25,299 nt of DNA from a virus (IMGVR_UViG_3300031519_003155:1-25299), one strand, 5' to 3'. Shown: positions 1 to 8,077, numbered from the stretch's first letter. Notes: generated from the letters alone by a model not told the origin. A program made the numbers and translations.

Positions 1-445
1 ACTCACTTGGGCGAATACATATGTCATTATGTGACATTTCACATCTACCAATAAAGTCCTGTTTGCGGCTTATCCAAAAATTAAAATACATGTTAGGTGG
101 TGCGGTTTGAGTGACTTGAGATATGTTGTTGCATATTCCTGCATCAAAATACATATCTATGTCGGTGATTATAGCCCATTCAGTATCTACATGTTTCATA
201 CCCAGATTACGGGCTCCATGTGAATTGAACCCCAGGTCTTCTTTAATCCGTAGCAATGTTATTGGTAGATCAGAAAACATCCTAACAATAGGTTCTGCTG
301 GTTGTATTTTTGAGCCATCATCTACAATAACAATCTTTGAAAATGTATCATTGTCAAAACTCTCTAGTAACTCCCATAACAATTTTGGTTCATTGTAATA
401 GGTAGTTACATAGGTAATTTCAGACCTTCCAGTCGGTGCCTTCAT
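1..445 (-). CDS. Glycosyltransferase family 2 (GT-A fold), 3' end truncated by the window edge; absent from the ORF track
   Basis: Manual translation from ATG at 445: MKAPTGRSEITYVTTYYNEPKLLWELLESF...KIVIVDDGSK...FNSHGARNLGMKHVDTEWAIITDIDMYF..., open to position 1. Shows the GT2 motifs xYNE, VDDGS, ARNxG and DxD. Confidence 0.85.
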   Translation of the reverse strand, partial: MKAPTGRSEITYVTTYYNEPKLLWELLESFDNDTFSKIVIVDDGSKIQPAEPIVRMFSDLPITLLRIKEDLGFNSHGARNLGMKHVDTEWAIITDIDMYFDAGICNNISQVTQTAPPNMYFNFWISRKQDFIGRCEMSHNDICIRPSE

Positions 446-626
446 CTATTGCATCCTGTGCCATGTGCAAATAATCACGATCTTCCTCAGAAAGTATATT
501 CCAAAACCTAGAAATATGCTGAACTAATTCACCTATTTTTGCAGGATGGGCGATGTGCTTATTAGACTCCATCTGTGCCTGCAGGTTATCCATTCGTATA
601 TTAATAGTACCTCTAAGATTACTCAT
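420..626 (-). CDS. Hypothetical phage protein (68 aa)
   Basis: Co-oriented ORF with ATGA overlap to the upstream gene; no recognisable motif. Confidence 0.7.
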   Translation of the reverse strand: MSNLRGTINIRMDNLQAQMESNKHIAHPAKIGELVQHISRFWNILSEEDRDYLHMAQDAIDEGTDWKV

Positions 627-937
627 TCTGAAATAGGACCGACTTTTCGTTTAACTTCTTTAACTACCTCGCGCAACTTAACTGACTTCGCATCCTTCTT
701 CCCGTAATCATCAGCAAGTTTGGAGTAGGGATTTTGTTCTGCAACTCTACCTAGCATGTCTTTCCAACCACCATCAAGTTTTGTACGGTCACCGACAGAG
801 GGTACAAGCATAGGTGCATGTTTCAGCCACCTTTCAATATTTGGATTCTCTTTCAAATAATCTTCCGCATGCTGAATACCCATGAACCTATCAAATTCTT
901 CACCGGTCAATTTGTTCCTAAACGAGTAGGTTGGCAT
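623..937 (-). CDS. FmdB-like small regulatory protein of T4-like phages (Cys-less variant)
   Basis: N-terminus MPTYSFRNKLTGEEFD resembles the MPxYxY/F start of FmdB zinc-ribbon-like proteins; TAATG coupling with the upstream gene; no cysteines. Confidence 0.5.
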   Translation of the reverse strand: MPTYSFRNKLTGEEFDRFMGIQHAEDYLKENPNIERWLKHAPMLVPSVGDRTKLDGGWKDMLGRVAEQNPYSKLADDYGKKDAKSVKLREVVKEVKRKVGPISE

Positions 938-1119
938 TATTTACCTCGGCGCACAAGTTCATTTCTGATCTTCTGCTTTTGTTTGGGAGATGTATTGCTG
1001 GCATTAAGGGATGACATCAATTGCTCTAAGGGAGTTGACCTCATATAAAAACCTTGATACCCAATCGTTTTTCTGTCTGCATTCCTAACAGGAACACTTG
1101 GCTTAAATTTCACTGGCAT
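937..1119 (-). CDS. Small basic hypothetical protein (60 aa), probably late-expressed
   Basis: AGGA RBS upstream of the ATG; lies downstream of TATAAATA at 1171-1178. Confidence 0.7.
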   Translation of the reverse strand: MPVKFKPSVPVRNADRKTIGYQGFYMRSTPLEQLMSSLNASNTSPKQKQKIRNELVRRGK

Positions 1120-1144
1120 AATTTTATCCTACATCAAGTAATGT

Positions 1145-1161
1145 AGCCCGCAGTGCGGGCT
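1145..1161. other. GC-rich stem-loop between the late promoter and the 60-aa gene
   Basis: Perfect inverted repeat AGCCCGCA-G-TGCGGGCT; no U-tract follows on the minus strand, so a leader or stability hairpin is as likely as a terminator. Confidence 0.6.
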
Positions 1162-1170
1162 CTCAAAAGT

Positions 1171-1178
1171 TATTTATA
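1171..1178 (-). promoter_or_regulatory. T4-type late promoter (gp55-dependent consensus TATAAATA)
   Basis: Exact TATAAATA on the minus strand, overlapping the upstream stop codon, about 50 nt before the next start. Confidence 0.7.
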
Positions 1179-1482
1179 CTACAACCGCCGCCTCAATATT
1201 CACCGGGGTATTAGTCACCGTAGCCACCTTTCGCTTAGGTACATTGCGGAACACAACTTTAGATAACGCCTCACGATCCACTACCGAACTGAATGCATCT
1301 AGATCCAGTAGATATGTTGCCGCGGCCTGTTTGGTCATTGCACTAGGCAGGGATACGAGATTCATGTTAGTGTTATCATTTAACTTCTTAACACGACCAA
1401 CTAAGTCGTTTCCGAAACGCGCCTTGTGAATACCCTTTGCGTTTGTTGAAGTACCTGCACATATAAAAGTTTGAATAGTCAT
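1174..1482 (-). CDS. Hypothetical early phage protein (102 aa)
   Basis: ORF directly downstream of the sigma70-type promoter at 1526-1554, with a purine-rich RBS. Confidence 0.75.
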   Translation of the reverse strand: MTIQTFICAGTSTNAKGIHKARFGNDLVGRVKKLNDNTNMNLVSLPSAMTKQAAATYLLDLDAFSSVVDREALSKVVFRNVPKRKVATVTNTPVNIEAAVVV

Positions 1483-1525
1483 AATTTAGTTCTCTTTTTA
1501 AGTTTAATTTATCAGTTTATAATGT

Positions 1526-1554
1526 ATTATACGCTCTTTATGAGCCAAAGTCAA
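1526..1554 (-). promoter_or_regulatory. Sigma70-type early promoter, copy 1
   Basis: TTGACT (1554-1549), 17-bp spacer, TATAAT (1531-1526). Confidence 0.85.
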
Positions 1555-1570
1555 GGATTATCTTGACCGT

Positions 1571-1804
1571 TTATGAAGAAAGGTATGAATCCGTGTTACT
1601 TTTCAGATAGAAATCAGCTAGGAAATCGAACTGATCAATGTATGTCTGACCCTCTTCTCGGGTATCAAACAGCAGATTACCAGCAGTCATTGCCATATAG
1701 CAGTCAGCATCCACAAAGTTCCAGTTGACCGATCCATTCTCCTTGTTCTCTGGGTTCTGAATCGCCTTGGTGAAAGCAGTCAATAACTCTGGTAAAATCT
1801 GCAT
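1571..1804 (-). CDS. Hypothetical early phage protein (77 aa; start revised to MQILPE)
   Basis: AGGAG RBS 7 nt before the ATG at 1804, just after the stop of the upstream gene. Confidence 0.7.
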   Translation of the reverse strand: MQILPELLTAFTKAIQNPENKENGSVNWNFVDADCYMAMTAGNLLFDTREEGQTYIDQFDFLADFYLKSNTDSYLSS

Positions 1805-1806
1805 GA

Positions 1807-2157
1807 TTACGCTCCTGCCCATCTGACTTGATACTCTTTAAAGATGTTTGCTCTAGGGAAGTTTCTCGCTGGAGCCGCCCACGATGATGCCATCAGTACA
1901 TCACCATCTTGGAACAACTTATCATCCTCGCAGTTGACTATGAAACCCCATACTGATCTGCGCTGGATGATCTTGATGTACTTCTTCCCAACAGTGTAAG
2001 AGATTTGCTCATTGAACTCCTTAATCATCTCTGCTCTGACGTTCTCCTGGATGTCAGTCATGGTGGCTCTGTTAGAACCCCAAGTGCGATAGTCTTCCTT
2101 GATGGCTTCTATTAGGATCTTAATCGCTTCGATCTTCTTCTCGGATAACTGCTTCAT
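1807..2157 (-). CDS. Hypothetical early protein resembling a conserved T4-like phage family (116 aa)
   Basis: GKKYIKII...SVWGFIV...GDVLMASSWAAPARN pattern; directly follows promoter copy 2. Confidence 0.75.
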   Translation of the reverse strand: MKQLSEKKIEAIKILIEAIKEDYRTWGSNRATMTDIQENVRAEMIKEFNEQISYTVGKKYIKIIQRRSVWGFIVNCEDDKLFQDGDVLMASSWAAPARNFPRANIFKEYQVRWAGA

Positions 2158-2185
2158 AATCTCTCTCTTTTTTCAGTTTATACAT

Positions 2186-2223
2186 GTATTATACGCTTAT
2201 TTTAGACCAAAGTCAAGCACTTT
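2186..2223. repeat. 38-bp direct repeat, copy A (whole early promoter)
   Basis: gtattatacgcttattttagaccaaagtcaagcacttt is identical to 2802-2839. Confidence 0.95.
2188..2216 (-). promoter_or_regulatory. Sigma70-type early promoter, copy 2
   Basis: TTGACT (2216-2211), 17 bp, TATAAT (2193-2188). Confidence 0.9.
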
Positions 2224-2234
2224 CACCAAAAGAT

Positions 2235-2474
2235 TCAACTTGTAAGTGCTTGATTCCATTGGCTTTTAGAAATCTTTTGAAACTTTCTTCTTGTTTTACT
2301 GAATTGTTTCATTGGTTTGGCGTATATCTTGAACGGAACATCAGCATTTTGAGCATATGCCACCAGATTACCCGCCTTATTCAGGGCATACAGGCCGTTA
2401 ATTACAGCAGTATCATCCCACTCAGTGACTTCTTGAAGTACTTGGGTAACAACCTTATCAATAGGACCTTGCAT
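2235..2474 (-). CDS. Hypothetical early phage protein (79 aa)
   Basis: GGGAG RBS; start abuts the stop of the upstream gene; basic C-terminus. Confidence 0.7.
   Translation of the reverse strand: MQGPIDKVVTQVLQEVTEWDDTAVINGLYALNKAGNLVAYAQNADVPFKIYAKPMKQFSKTRRKFQKISKSQWNQALTS
2243..2255 (-). promoter_or_regulatory. Putative IHF-binding site upstream of promoter 2
   Basis: AATCAAGCACTTA is an exact match to WATCAANNNNTTR. Confidence 0.5.
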
Positions 2475-2759
2475 CTATACATACTCCCTTTGTGATTTAG
2501 TGTACCACTTCTCGACAACTGGGAGTCCGAACTCGTCCTCATCCACGCAGATGTACGTTACAGTCTTCTTGACCAGCCCATAGCGATACTGTTGATGCAA
2601 CCCACCAACCCAAATCTTGTGGGGGAAGTCCTCACAAACCGAGATTGGATCATCATTTACACTATATTCAAACAAGTTACCGTGATCCTTCTCCACAAAC
2701 ATACCGAGAATTGAACCATCTCCTGAGTCAAAATAAGTACTACTTGGGGCAAATGCCAT
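2475..2759 (-). CDS. Hypothetical early phage protein (94 aa; start revised to MAFAPS)
   Basis: GAGGT RBS before the ATG at 2759; the track start (2801) falls between the -10 box and the expected +1, so it is unlikely. Confidence 0.7.
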   Translation of the reverse strand: MAFAPSSTYFDSGDGSILGMFVEKDHGNLFEYSVNDDPISVCEDFPHKIWVGGLHQQYRYGLVKKTVTYICVDEDEFGLPVVEKWYTKSQREYV

Positions 2760-2801
2760 ATTAAACAACCTCGTTTCAGTGTGTTTCTTCATTCTATACA
2801 A

Positions 2802-2839
2802 GTATTATACGCTTATTTTAGACCAAAGTCAAGCACTTT
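2802..2839. repeat. 38-bp direct repeat, copy B (whole early promoter)
   Basis: Identical to 2186-2223. Confidence 0.95.
2804..2832 (-). promoter_or_regulatory. Sigma70-type early promoter, copy 3
   Basis: TTGACT (2832-2827), 17 bp, TATAAT (2809-2804). Confidence 0.9.
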
Positions 2840-2872
2840 ATGGTGTTTTAACCAAATCTTTTTATCTAAGGA

Positions 2873-2885
2873 AATCAAGAGGTTA
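2873..2885 (+). promoter_or_regulatory. Putative IHF-binding site upstream of promoter 3
   Basis: AATCAAGAGGTTA is an exact match to WATCAANNNNTTR, about 40 bp upstream of the -35 box. Confidence 0.5.
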
Positions 2886-2952
2886 CAAAACCCCACAATA
2901 GCCCTCTAAGGGGCAGTATAAATGGGTGTATGTTGATGTGTTCTAGTGAAAT

Positions 2953-2971
2953 GAGGGCTCTGAGGGCCCTC
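2953..2971. other. GC-rich hairpin after the spanin cassette (possible terminator)
   Basis: GAGGGCTC-TGA-GGGCCCTC, 8 nt past the stop of the EF-hand gene; only a weak U-tract. Confidence 0.45.
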
Positions 2972-2979
2972 TTAGAGCG

Positions 2980-3297
2980 TCACTTCTTAGCGATTGCCTG
3001 TGATGTATAGAATGCGGCTACTATAGCGGCTACTGATACAAAGTACGTGGGTGCCATATCGCCCAATGTTTTGGATGCGTTTGACAGCCCTACCAACTCA
3101 GCCAATACAACTGCAAAGGGGTATAGCAACATGCCAAATAATGCGAACCAAGCCATGTTTCGTTGGGCATCCTGTTTTTTGTCTTCATTCTCAATCTTAA
3201 TCATCTGTTCATGTCTCGCAAGTTCCTCATCAGTGACAATACCATCACCATCAATATCAGCCATCTCATACATACTACCCTCCTGCAATTTCTTCAT
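2980..3297 (-). CDS. EF-hand-containing two-TM membrane protein (holin or lysis-regulator candidate)
   Basis: Canonical EF-hand loop DIDGDGIVTDEE (aa 14-25); two hydrophobic segments; basic C-terminus; GAGGAG RBS; overlaps the o-spanin gene end. Confidence 0.6.
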   Translation of the reverse strand: MKKLQEGSMYEMADIDGDGIVTDEELARHEQMIKIENEDKKQDAQRNMAWFALFGMLLYPFAVVLAELVGLSNASKTLGDMAPTYFVSVAAIVAAFYTSQAIAKK

Positions 3298-3691
3298 TCT
3301 TTTTCTCCTCGACTTCTACTTCATCGGTATCGTTGATGGTTCTATAATAGACAACCACTTCTTTTAATTGATTTATATATCTACGGATTTCCTGCATATT
3401 ATAAGCCATCAGTTCATAGTCATCTATGGACATAGCAGTAAACACTAAAGTGCCGCCACTCTGCTTCTCCATATCGGCTAAGAACACATCAATGTTTTTA
3501 TCTGATACAACATAAAAATAGGGTTCTTTTAAATCTATCGCCCTGGGCAATATTGGGTGAGTAATCGGAATCTTAATTTCAATAGTCCGAATCTCTACTG
3601 GAATAATATCAGGTTTACCTATACCGAAAGTACTACATGCACTAATCGGTATTAAGATTGTCAATAAAAGAACTGTCTTCTTCAATAGCAT
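3275..3691 (-). CDS. Outer-membrane spanin lipoprotein (Rz1 / T4 PseT.2-like); start revised to MLLKKT
   Basis: Signal peptide MLLKKTVLLLTILIPISA-C with lipobox Cys, followed by a Pro-rich stretch; overlaps the 3' end of the i-spanin gene. Confidence 0.75.
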   Translation of the reverse strand: MLLKKTVLLLTILIPISACSTFGIGKPDIIPVEIRTIEIKIPITHPILPRAIDLKEPYFYVVSDKNIDVFLADMEKQSGGTLVFTAMSIDDYELMAYNMQEIRRYINQLKEVVVYYRTINDTDEVEVEEKKNEEIAGG

Positions 3692-4040
3692 CGAAAACAT
3701 TTTTTGTGCCTCTGTTAATACGCGGTTCAATTAGTCCAGGCTTTGCCGCGGCAAGTTTACCCAAATTGTGTCTGCGGAATATTCCTAGATATCGAGTCAT
3801 CTCACCCTCAATCTCCGCATTCCTTTCACTCTGTGCCGTAAGTGCTTCTGTTGTCTTAATCAGATTATTCTGTATAGCCTCAATCGTCTTTATCTGTTCT
3901 TGCTGGCGTATCTCTTGTGTCGCCAGAATTAGTTGCTGTTGCTCAACCTTCCCTAATAGGGGTAGGTGAATAAACTGGTAGAAAAGGTATCCACCGATAG
4001 TCATGCTCAGAATAACCCCTAATAATATTTTACTAATCAT
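3642..4040 (-). CDS. Inner-membrane spanin (Rz / T4 PseT.3-like)
   Basis: N-terminal TM helix, long Q/E-rich coiled coil, and AKPGLIEPRIN motif typical of T4-type i-spanins. Confidence 0.8.
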   Translation of the reverse strand: MISKILLGVILSMTIGGYLFYQFIHLPLLGKVEQQQLILATQEIRQQEQIKTIEAIQNNLIKTTEALTAQSERNAEIEGEMTRYLGIFRRHNLGKLAAAKPGLIEPRINRGTKNVFDAIEEDSSFIDNLNTD

Positions 4041-4255
4041 AATAGACCTGCTAGTACCTTCAGACCTTCAACAATCTTTTGTGCATTTATCATGTCTTGC
4101 TCAGTGCGAATCTCTTCAAGTATATGCCCAATGTCAATTACATCTTGGCACAATTCGTTGTATTCATCTAGGGCAAGTTCCCCATTATCCAATAGAATCT
4201 TCAACTCTTGTATTTTGTGTGTCTGGTCTCTATGCCAGTCGTTTAGATCAACCAT
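4037..4255 (-). CDS. Small acidic helical hypothetical protein (72 aa)
   Basis: GAGG RBS; translationally coupled on both sides (TAATG and ATGA overlaps). Confidence 0.7.
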   Translation of the reverse strand: MVDLNDWHRDQTHKIQELKILLDNGELALDEYNELCQDVIDIGHILEEIRTEQDMINAQKIVEGLKVLAGLL

Positions 4256-4614
4256 TATTTTATCCTCGTTCCGAATACGGACATTGCTTCATTGGATACT
4301 TCGGCTATACTTTTACGTTTCATATTACAATATGTGTTACTGGGTTCAGTGCGATTCACTAACTCAGATGTGAGACTATTAATCTTAGCATAAATGCTAC
4401 TGGTATTGGCATTCATCGTATGTTCACTATACTTAGAGAGGATGGAAGACAACTTATTAATCTCCATTAATTCGTCAGTGGCACACGGAGAGACTGTGAT
4501 GGATGCGGCAACATTCAATTCTGCAAGATAACCAAATTCTTGGTTGTCAAAATTATCGGGAATAAAACTACATCCACTAGATAATAAAAATATTACTAAC
4601 ATAATTGTTCGCAT
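4255..4614 (-). CDS. Putative lipoprotein (119 aa)
   Basis: Signal peptide MRTIMLVIFLLSSG-C with lipobox; two further Cys; first gene after the late promoter at 4649-4656. Confidence 0.7.
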   Translation of the reverse strand: MRTIMLVIFLLSSGCSFIPDNFDNQEFGYLAELNVAASITVSPCATDELMEINKLSSILSKYSEHTMNANTSSIYAKINSLTSELVNRTEPSNTYCNMKRKSIAEVSNEAMSVFGTRIK

Positions 4615-4618
4615 AATG

Positions 4619-4660
4619 TGTACTCAAAAAAAATATGTTTTAAAGTATTATTTATACATT
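4619..4660. repeat. Late promoter/leader direct repeat, copy A
   Basis: 4629-4660 (aaaaatatgttttaaagtattatttatacatt, 32 bp) is identical to 5042-5073; tgtactca is also shared. Confidence 0.95.
4649..4656 (-). promoter_or_regulatory. T4-type late promoter driving the lipoprotein-spanin cassette
   Basis: Exact TATAAATA in an intergenic region. Confidence 0.8.
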
Positions 4661-4683
4661 CAATGGCTTAGTGCCGCGATGGG

Positions 4684-5028
4684 CTAAATTGAGAAGGATG
4701 CACCGCAACCACAGGTGGTCGTAGCGAGTGGATTATCTATTAGGAATCGTGAGCCCATCAGTCCAACTTCATAGTCAACCGTTGAACCCATGAGATACAT
4801 GATGCTGAGTGAATCTACTACGAGTGTCACACCATTCTTGGTGATTACTGTATCATCTTCATTTATATCCCACAATAATTCATAGGCAAAACCATATTCA
4901 AATCCAGAACAGCCACCACCCGTCACATGGACACGGAGACAATTGCCATCCACTAGGCTTTGTATTTTCTCTACCGCAAAATCAGTGAGATTTAGAGCCT
5001 GGGGTGTATATGACTCTACTGCCGACAT
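4684..5028 (-). CDS. erpA: A-type Fe-S carrier protein (ErpA/IscA, HesB family)
   Basis: [11 protein letters not shown] and [10 protein letters not shown] motifs supply the three conserved Cys. Confidence 0.92.
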   Translation of the reverse strand: MSAVESYTPQALNLTDFAVEKIQSLVDGNCLRVHVTGGGCSGFEYGFAYELLWDINEDDTVITKNGVTLVVDSLSIMYLMGSTVDYEVGLMGSRFLIDNPLATTTCGCGASFSI

Positions 5029-5032
5029 AGAA

Positions 5033-5073
5033 TGTACTCATAAAAATATGTTTTAAAGTATTATTTATACATT
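5033..5073. repeat. Late promoter/leader direct repeat, copy B
   Basis: Matches 4619-4660. Confidence 0.95.
5062..5069 (-). promoter_or_regulatory. T4-type late promoter upstream of erpA
   Basis: Exact TATAAATA. Confidence 0.8.
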
Positions 5074-6653
5074 TATTTCGTTATTGACTCAATGAGAGGT
5101 TCGATATAGGATTCGCGGAGGCGTTCAATAAATTGCTCAGTATCCCCATGTGTGGGTAAAGTGCCCAACATGGTTTTATAGTCAGTGGGTGACATATTAC
5201 GGACTTTATCAAAGTCTGCAAATTCCTTGTAATCTCTAGCAGTATCAAATATAGACGGCTTCAGTGGGTACAGGGGTTTTTTATGATAGGTATATTTACC
5301 CAAGTCTACACATAATGCTTTCGCCTGATTGAAGGAAGTAATATCTGACCCGTCAATTTTCTCCCAATTCATGGCTTTCTGATGGTCGGGATTGTTTCCA
5401 TCGGGGAAACTATAACCATGTTTCTGATATTCCCTGTCAAACTCAGACGTATAGGAAATAATATATTTGTCCTGCAATTCTTTTGGAACAATATGTAGGG
5501 GTACAAATGTTGTTTGATCCACCGGAGATTCATCTGACAGCAACCACTTTGCATGGTGCTTAATAGATTCAACACTCTCATAGGGTAACCCCACGATGTA
5601 TCCTTGCTCTATTAATACGTCACCCTTCCAAACTTCCTTTGCCTTGTATAACATCTCCTTAATCTTATCAGGGTCACCGCCCTTACCTACAGCCCTGCCT
5701 GATGCGCGATTAAAAGTTTCAATTCCAAACCAAGTTTGCACCAGCCCCATTTGATGTAACAACTCAATCTGTTCGGGGTACTTTACAACCAAGTCTGCCC
5801 GCAAGTAACACCAGAAGTAAATATTGAATGGGAGTGAATCTACTACCTCTGCAAACATTCTAACTTTTTCGATGCTATCATTAAACGTATCATCCTGGAT
5901 TGAATATTTCTGTATGCCGAAAGTTTCATAATTATAAACTAGTGTGTCCCTAAAAGTTTGTTTTGTCTTTGTATATCCCGCAACATCTTTCATGCCTATT
6001 AACGGGAAGGAACAAAACTTACATTTAAATCTACACCCACGGGAACATTCAATCGGCATAATTTCCTGTGGTGAAAGAAAGGTGTTGGGAGTAAATATTG
6101 CCCTACTCTTTGCAAAGTCAAAACAGGTATGGGTTGCATGTGCTTTGGTATCGTGGTTGATGACCCTCGGAAAAGTTTCAGGTGCCTTTAAGTAATCGAC
6201 AAATTGAGTTTCACTATAGCCACAGAAAACATTATCAACAAGATCACCCAGGCGTTGTTCCAACTCAGGGGCTTTACTACCACCAACAATAATTTTTACA
6301 TTAGAATTTCTAGATTTTATTCTATCAGTCATCCATGACAATCTACCATTTGTTATATAGTCGCCTAGGTAAACATCATTAGTGAAGTTATTTGAGTATA
6401 CATGTTTTACTACTTTCTCCGCACCCGAACCTATAATTGTCCATGTCAGTGAAAATCCTACGAGTTTAGTATTGGGACCAATTACCGCATCAACAACCCT
6501 ACCAAATTCATATATGTTCCAATGCTCAATATAATCCAAAACAATAACACTGTAACCATGCTTACGCAATTCTTCTGCTAAAAGGTGTGGACCCAGCCCC
6601 CGTACTTTGGTAGTTGGGATTGCCGAACTGTTTATTAGGACAACATCATACAT
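5073..6653 (-). CDS. Cobalamin-binding-domain radical SAM protein
   Basis: SRGCRFKCKFC (CX3CX2C), DDTF and GIET motifs; N-terminal GLGPHLLAEELRKHGYSV...LVGFS...IIVGG pattern of the B12-binding domain. Confidence 0.85.
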   Translation of the reverse strand: MYDVVLINSSAIPTTKVRGLGPHLLAEELRKHGYSVIVLDYIEHWNIYEFGRVVDAVIGPNTKLVGFSLTWTIIGSGAEKVVKHVYSNNFTNDVYLGDYITNGRLSWMTDRIKSRNSNVKIIVGGSKAPELEQRLGDLVDNVFCGYSETQFVDYLKAPETFPRVINHDTKAHATHTCFDFAKSRAIFTPNTFLSPQEIMPIECSRGCRFKCKFCSFPLIGMKDVAGYTKTKQTFRDTLVYNYETFGIQKYSIQDDTFNDSIEKVRMFAEVVDSLPFNIYFWCYLRADLVVKYPEQIELLHQMGLVQTWFGIETFNRASGRAVGKGGDPDKIKEMLYKAKEVWKGDVLIEQGYIVGLPYESVESIKHHAKWLLSDESPVDQTTFVPLHIVPKELQDKYIISYTSEFDREYQKHGYSFPDGNNPDHQKAMNWEKIDGSDITSFNQAKALCVDLGKYTYHKKPLYPLKPSIFDTARDYKEFADFDKVRNMSPTDYKTMLGTLPTHGDTEQFIERLRESYIEPLIESITK

Positions 6654-8077
6654 TAAAAATTGATCTTTGCGTAATCAACACCACTACTGTTTCCCTGTTT
6701 GCCCCAAGCCCCAGATGAAGTATTATCAAATACGGGACCTGAATCCGTTTGCTTAGATTGAGTTTGTCCAGAATCACAAATGCCTTGTTGTGCCGATTCA
6801 TCGAGATCATACAATCGCATTTTACTACGGTCTACCCCAATCATAAATCGCTTATTATGTCCAACATCTGAATATCTATTCTTCAATTGCTTTACCATCA
6901 TTTGCCCCGCTTGCTCTAGTTCTTCTGTACTTATAAGAGCAAACATTATGTCAGCAGTAGCAGGCAACCCAAATGATTCTGAGGTGTCTGTAAGCTCTAC
7001 GTCACTGCTACCATAACCAGTCCGTGTAGTCTGTGTTGCAGTGACAATAGGTACGTTAAACTCCTGTGCAAGTGATCTAAGTTCTTCTGCAATACTTTTA
7101 ACTATAGTGTATGAATTAACATTGCTACCGCCCTTGAAACGAGAGCTCGCACAAATATTTAGATAATCAATAAAGATAATATCGGGAACAATGTTGCGTT
7201 TCAATTTCAGTTCGCCTAGCAATGTCTTAAAATGTCCTGCATGTGCTGAGGCTGTAGGGTATTCCTTAATAATAAGTTTGCCGGTTATTTTACTGTTTAT
7301 TTTATCAATCCTATCAGTGAACATTTTCTTACTCAGGTCACCCAACTCCTGAATAGCAACATTCATCATATTTGCATCTATCCGTTCAGCAATGCGCTCC
7401 TCTGCCATTTCACAAGTAATATATAATACATTCTTACCTTGTGTGATAGCACCCGCCGCCATGTGACACATGAAGAGGGACTTACCAACACCAGTGCCAG
7501 CAAGTGCAACATTCAATGTTTTGTTAGACAATCCACCCTGTGTAATGCGATTAAAGTAATCGAGATCAAACGGAACCTTTTCTTCAAGTCGATGATAAAA
7601 TTCATAACGTTCAGTTGCGTTCTCAATATAATCATGTCCAATACTATTGTCGAATCCAACTGACAATGCATCTGATAATATGCTAGGCAACGAATCCTTA
7701 CTTAATTCACTATCCGACCCATCAATAATAGATATTGACTGCATAATAGCATTGTACACTGCCCTGTCCTTACAAAACTTTTCTGTCTCATCTACTAACC
7801 ATTGCTTATCAGTTTTCTCATCCACTTGGAGACTGTTAATAACGGATTCACATTTTAGATATAAATCCTCTGAAACCGTACGATCATCCTGCAGTCCAAT
7901 AAGTAATGCACCCTTATTAGGAGGTCCATTATACTTGTCAACAAACTCCTTAATACCCAAAAAGATCTTACGATCTTCAGGGTCTGAAAAATATTCTTCT
8001 TTCAGAAAAGGAATAGTCTTTCGTACATATTCGTCATCATTAATTAGATTCGATAAAATTTGTGTCTCTATTCTCAT
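6653..8077 (-). CDS. gp41: Replicative DnaB-like helicase (T4 gp41)
   Basis: Walker A AGTGVGKS; IIKEYPT, IFIDYLNI, TSESFGLPATAD and KQLKNRY motifs. Confidence 0.97.
   Translation of the reverse strand: MRIETQILSNLINDDEYVRKTIPFLKEEYFSDPEDRKIFLGIKEFVDKYNGPPNKGALLIGLQDDRTVSEDLYLKCESVINSLQVDEKTDKQWLVDETEKFCKDRAVYNAIMQSISIIDGSDSELSKDSLPSILSDALSVGFDNSIGHDYIENATERYEFYHRLEEKVPFDLDYFNRITQGGLSNKTLNVALAGTGVGKSLFMCHMAAGAITQGKNVLYITCEMAEERIAERIDANMMNVAIQELGDLSKKMFTDRIDKINSKITGKLIIKEYPTASAHAGHFKTLLGELKLKRNIVPDIIFIDYLNICASSRFKGGSNVNSYTIVKSIAEELRSLAQEFNVPIVTATQTTRTGYGSSDVELTDTSESFGLPATADIMFALISTEELEQAGQMMVKQLKNRYSDVGHNKRFMIGVDRSKMRLYDLDESAQQGICDSGQTQSKQTDSGPVFDNTSSGAWGKQGNSSGVDYAKINF

Noticed and set aside
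2158-2165. Second target of the anti-RBS loop (GAGAGAUU at the RBS of the 116-aa gene)
   Set aside because: Only 8 nt of purine-rich complementarity, which is expected by chance among SD-like sequences.
1520-2840. Repeats considered as a CRISPR array
   Set aside because: Spacing is about 620-660 bp with genes between the copies; the repeats are promoters and no cas genes are present.
2917-2924. Plus-strand TATAAATG as an antisense late promoter
   Set aside because: It mismatches the consensus at the last base and no credible plus-strand gene follows.
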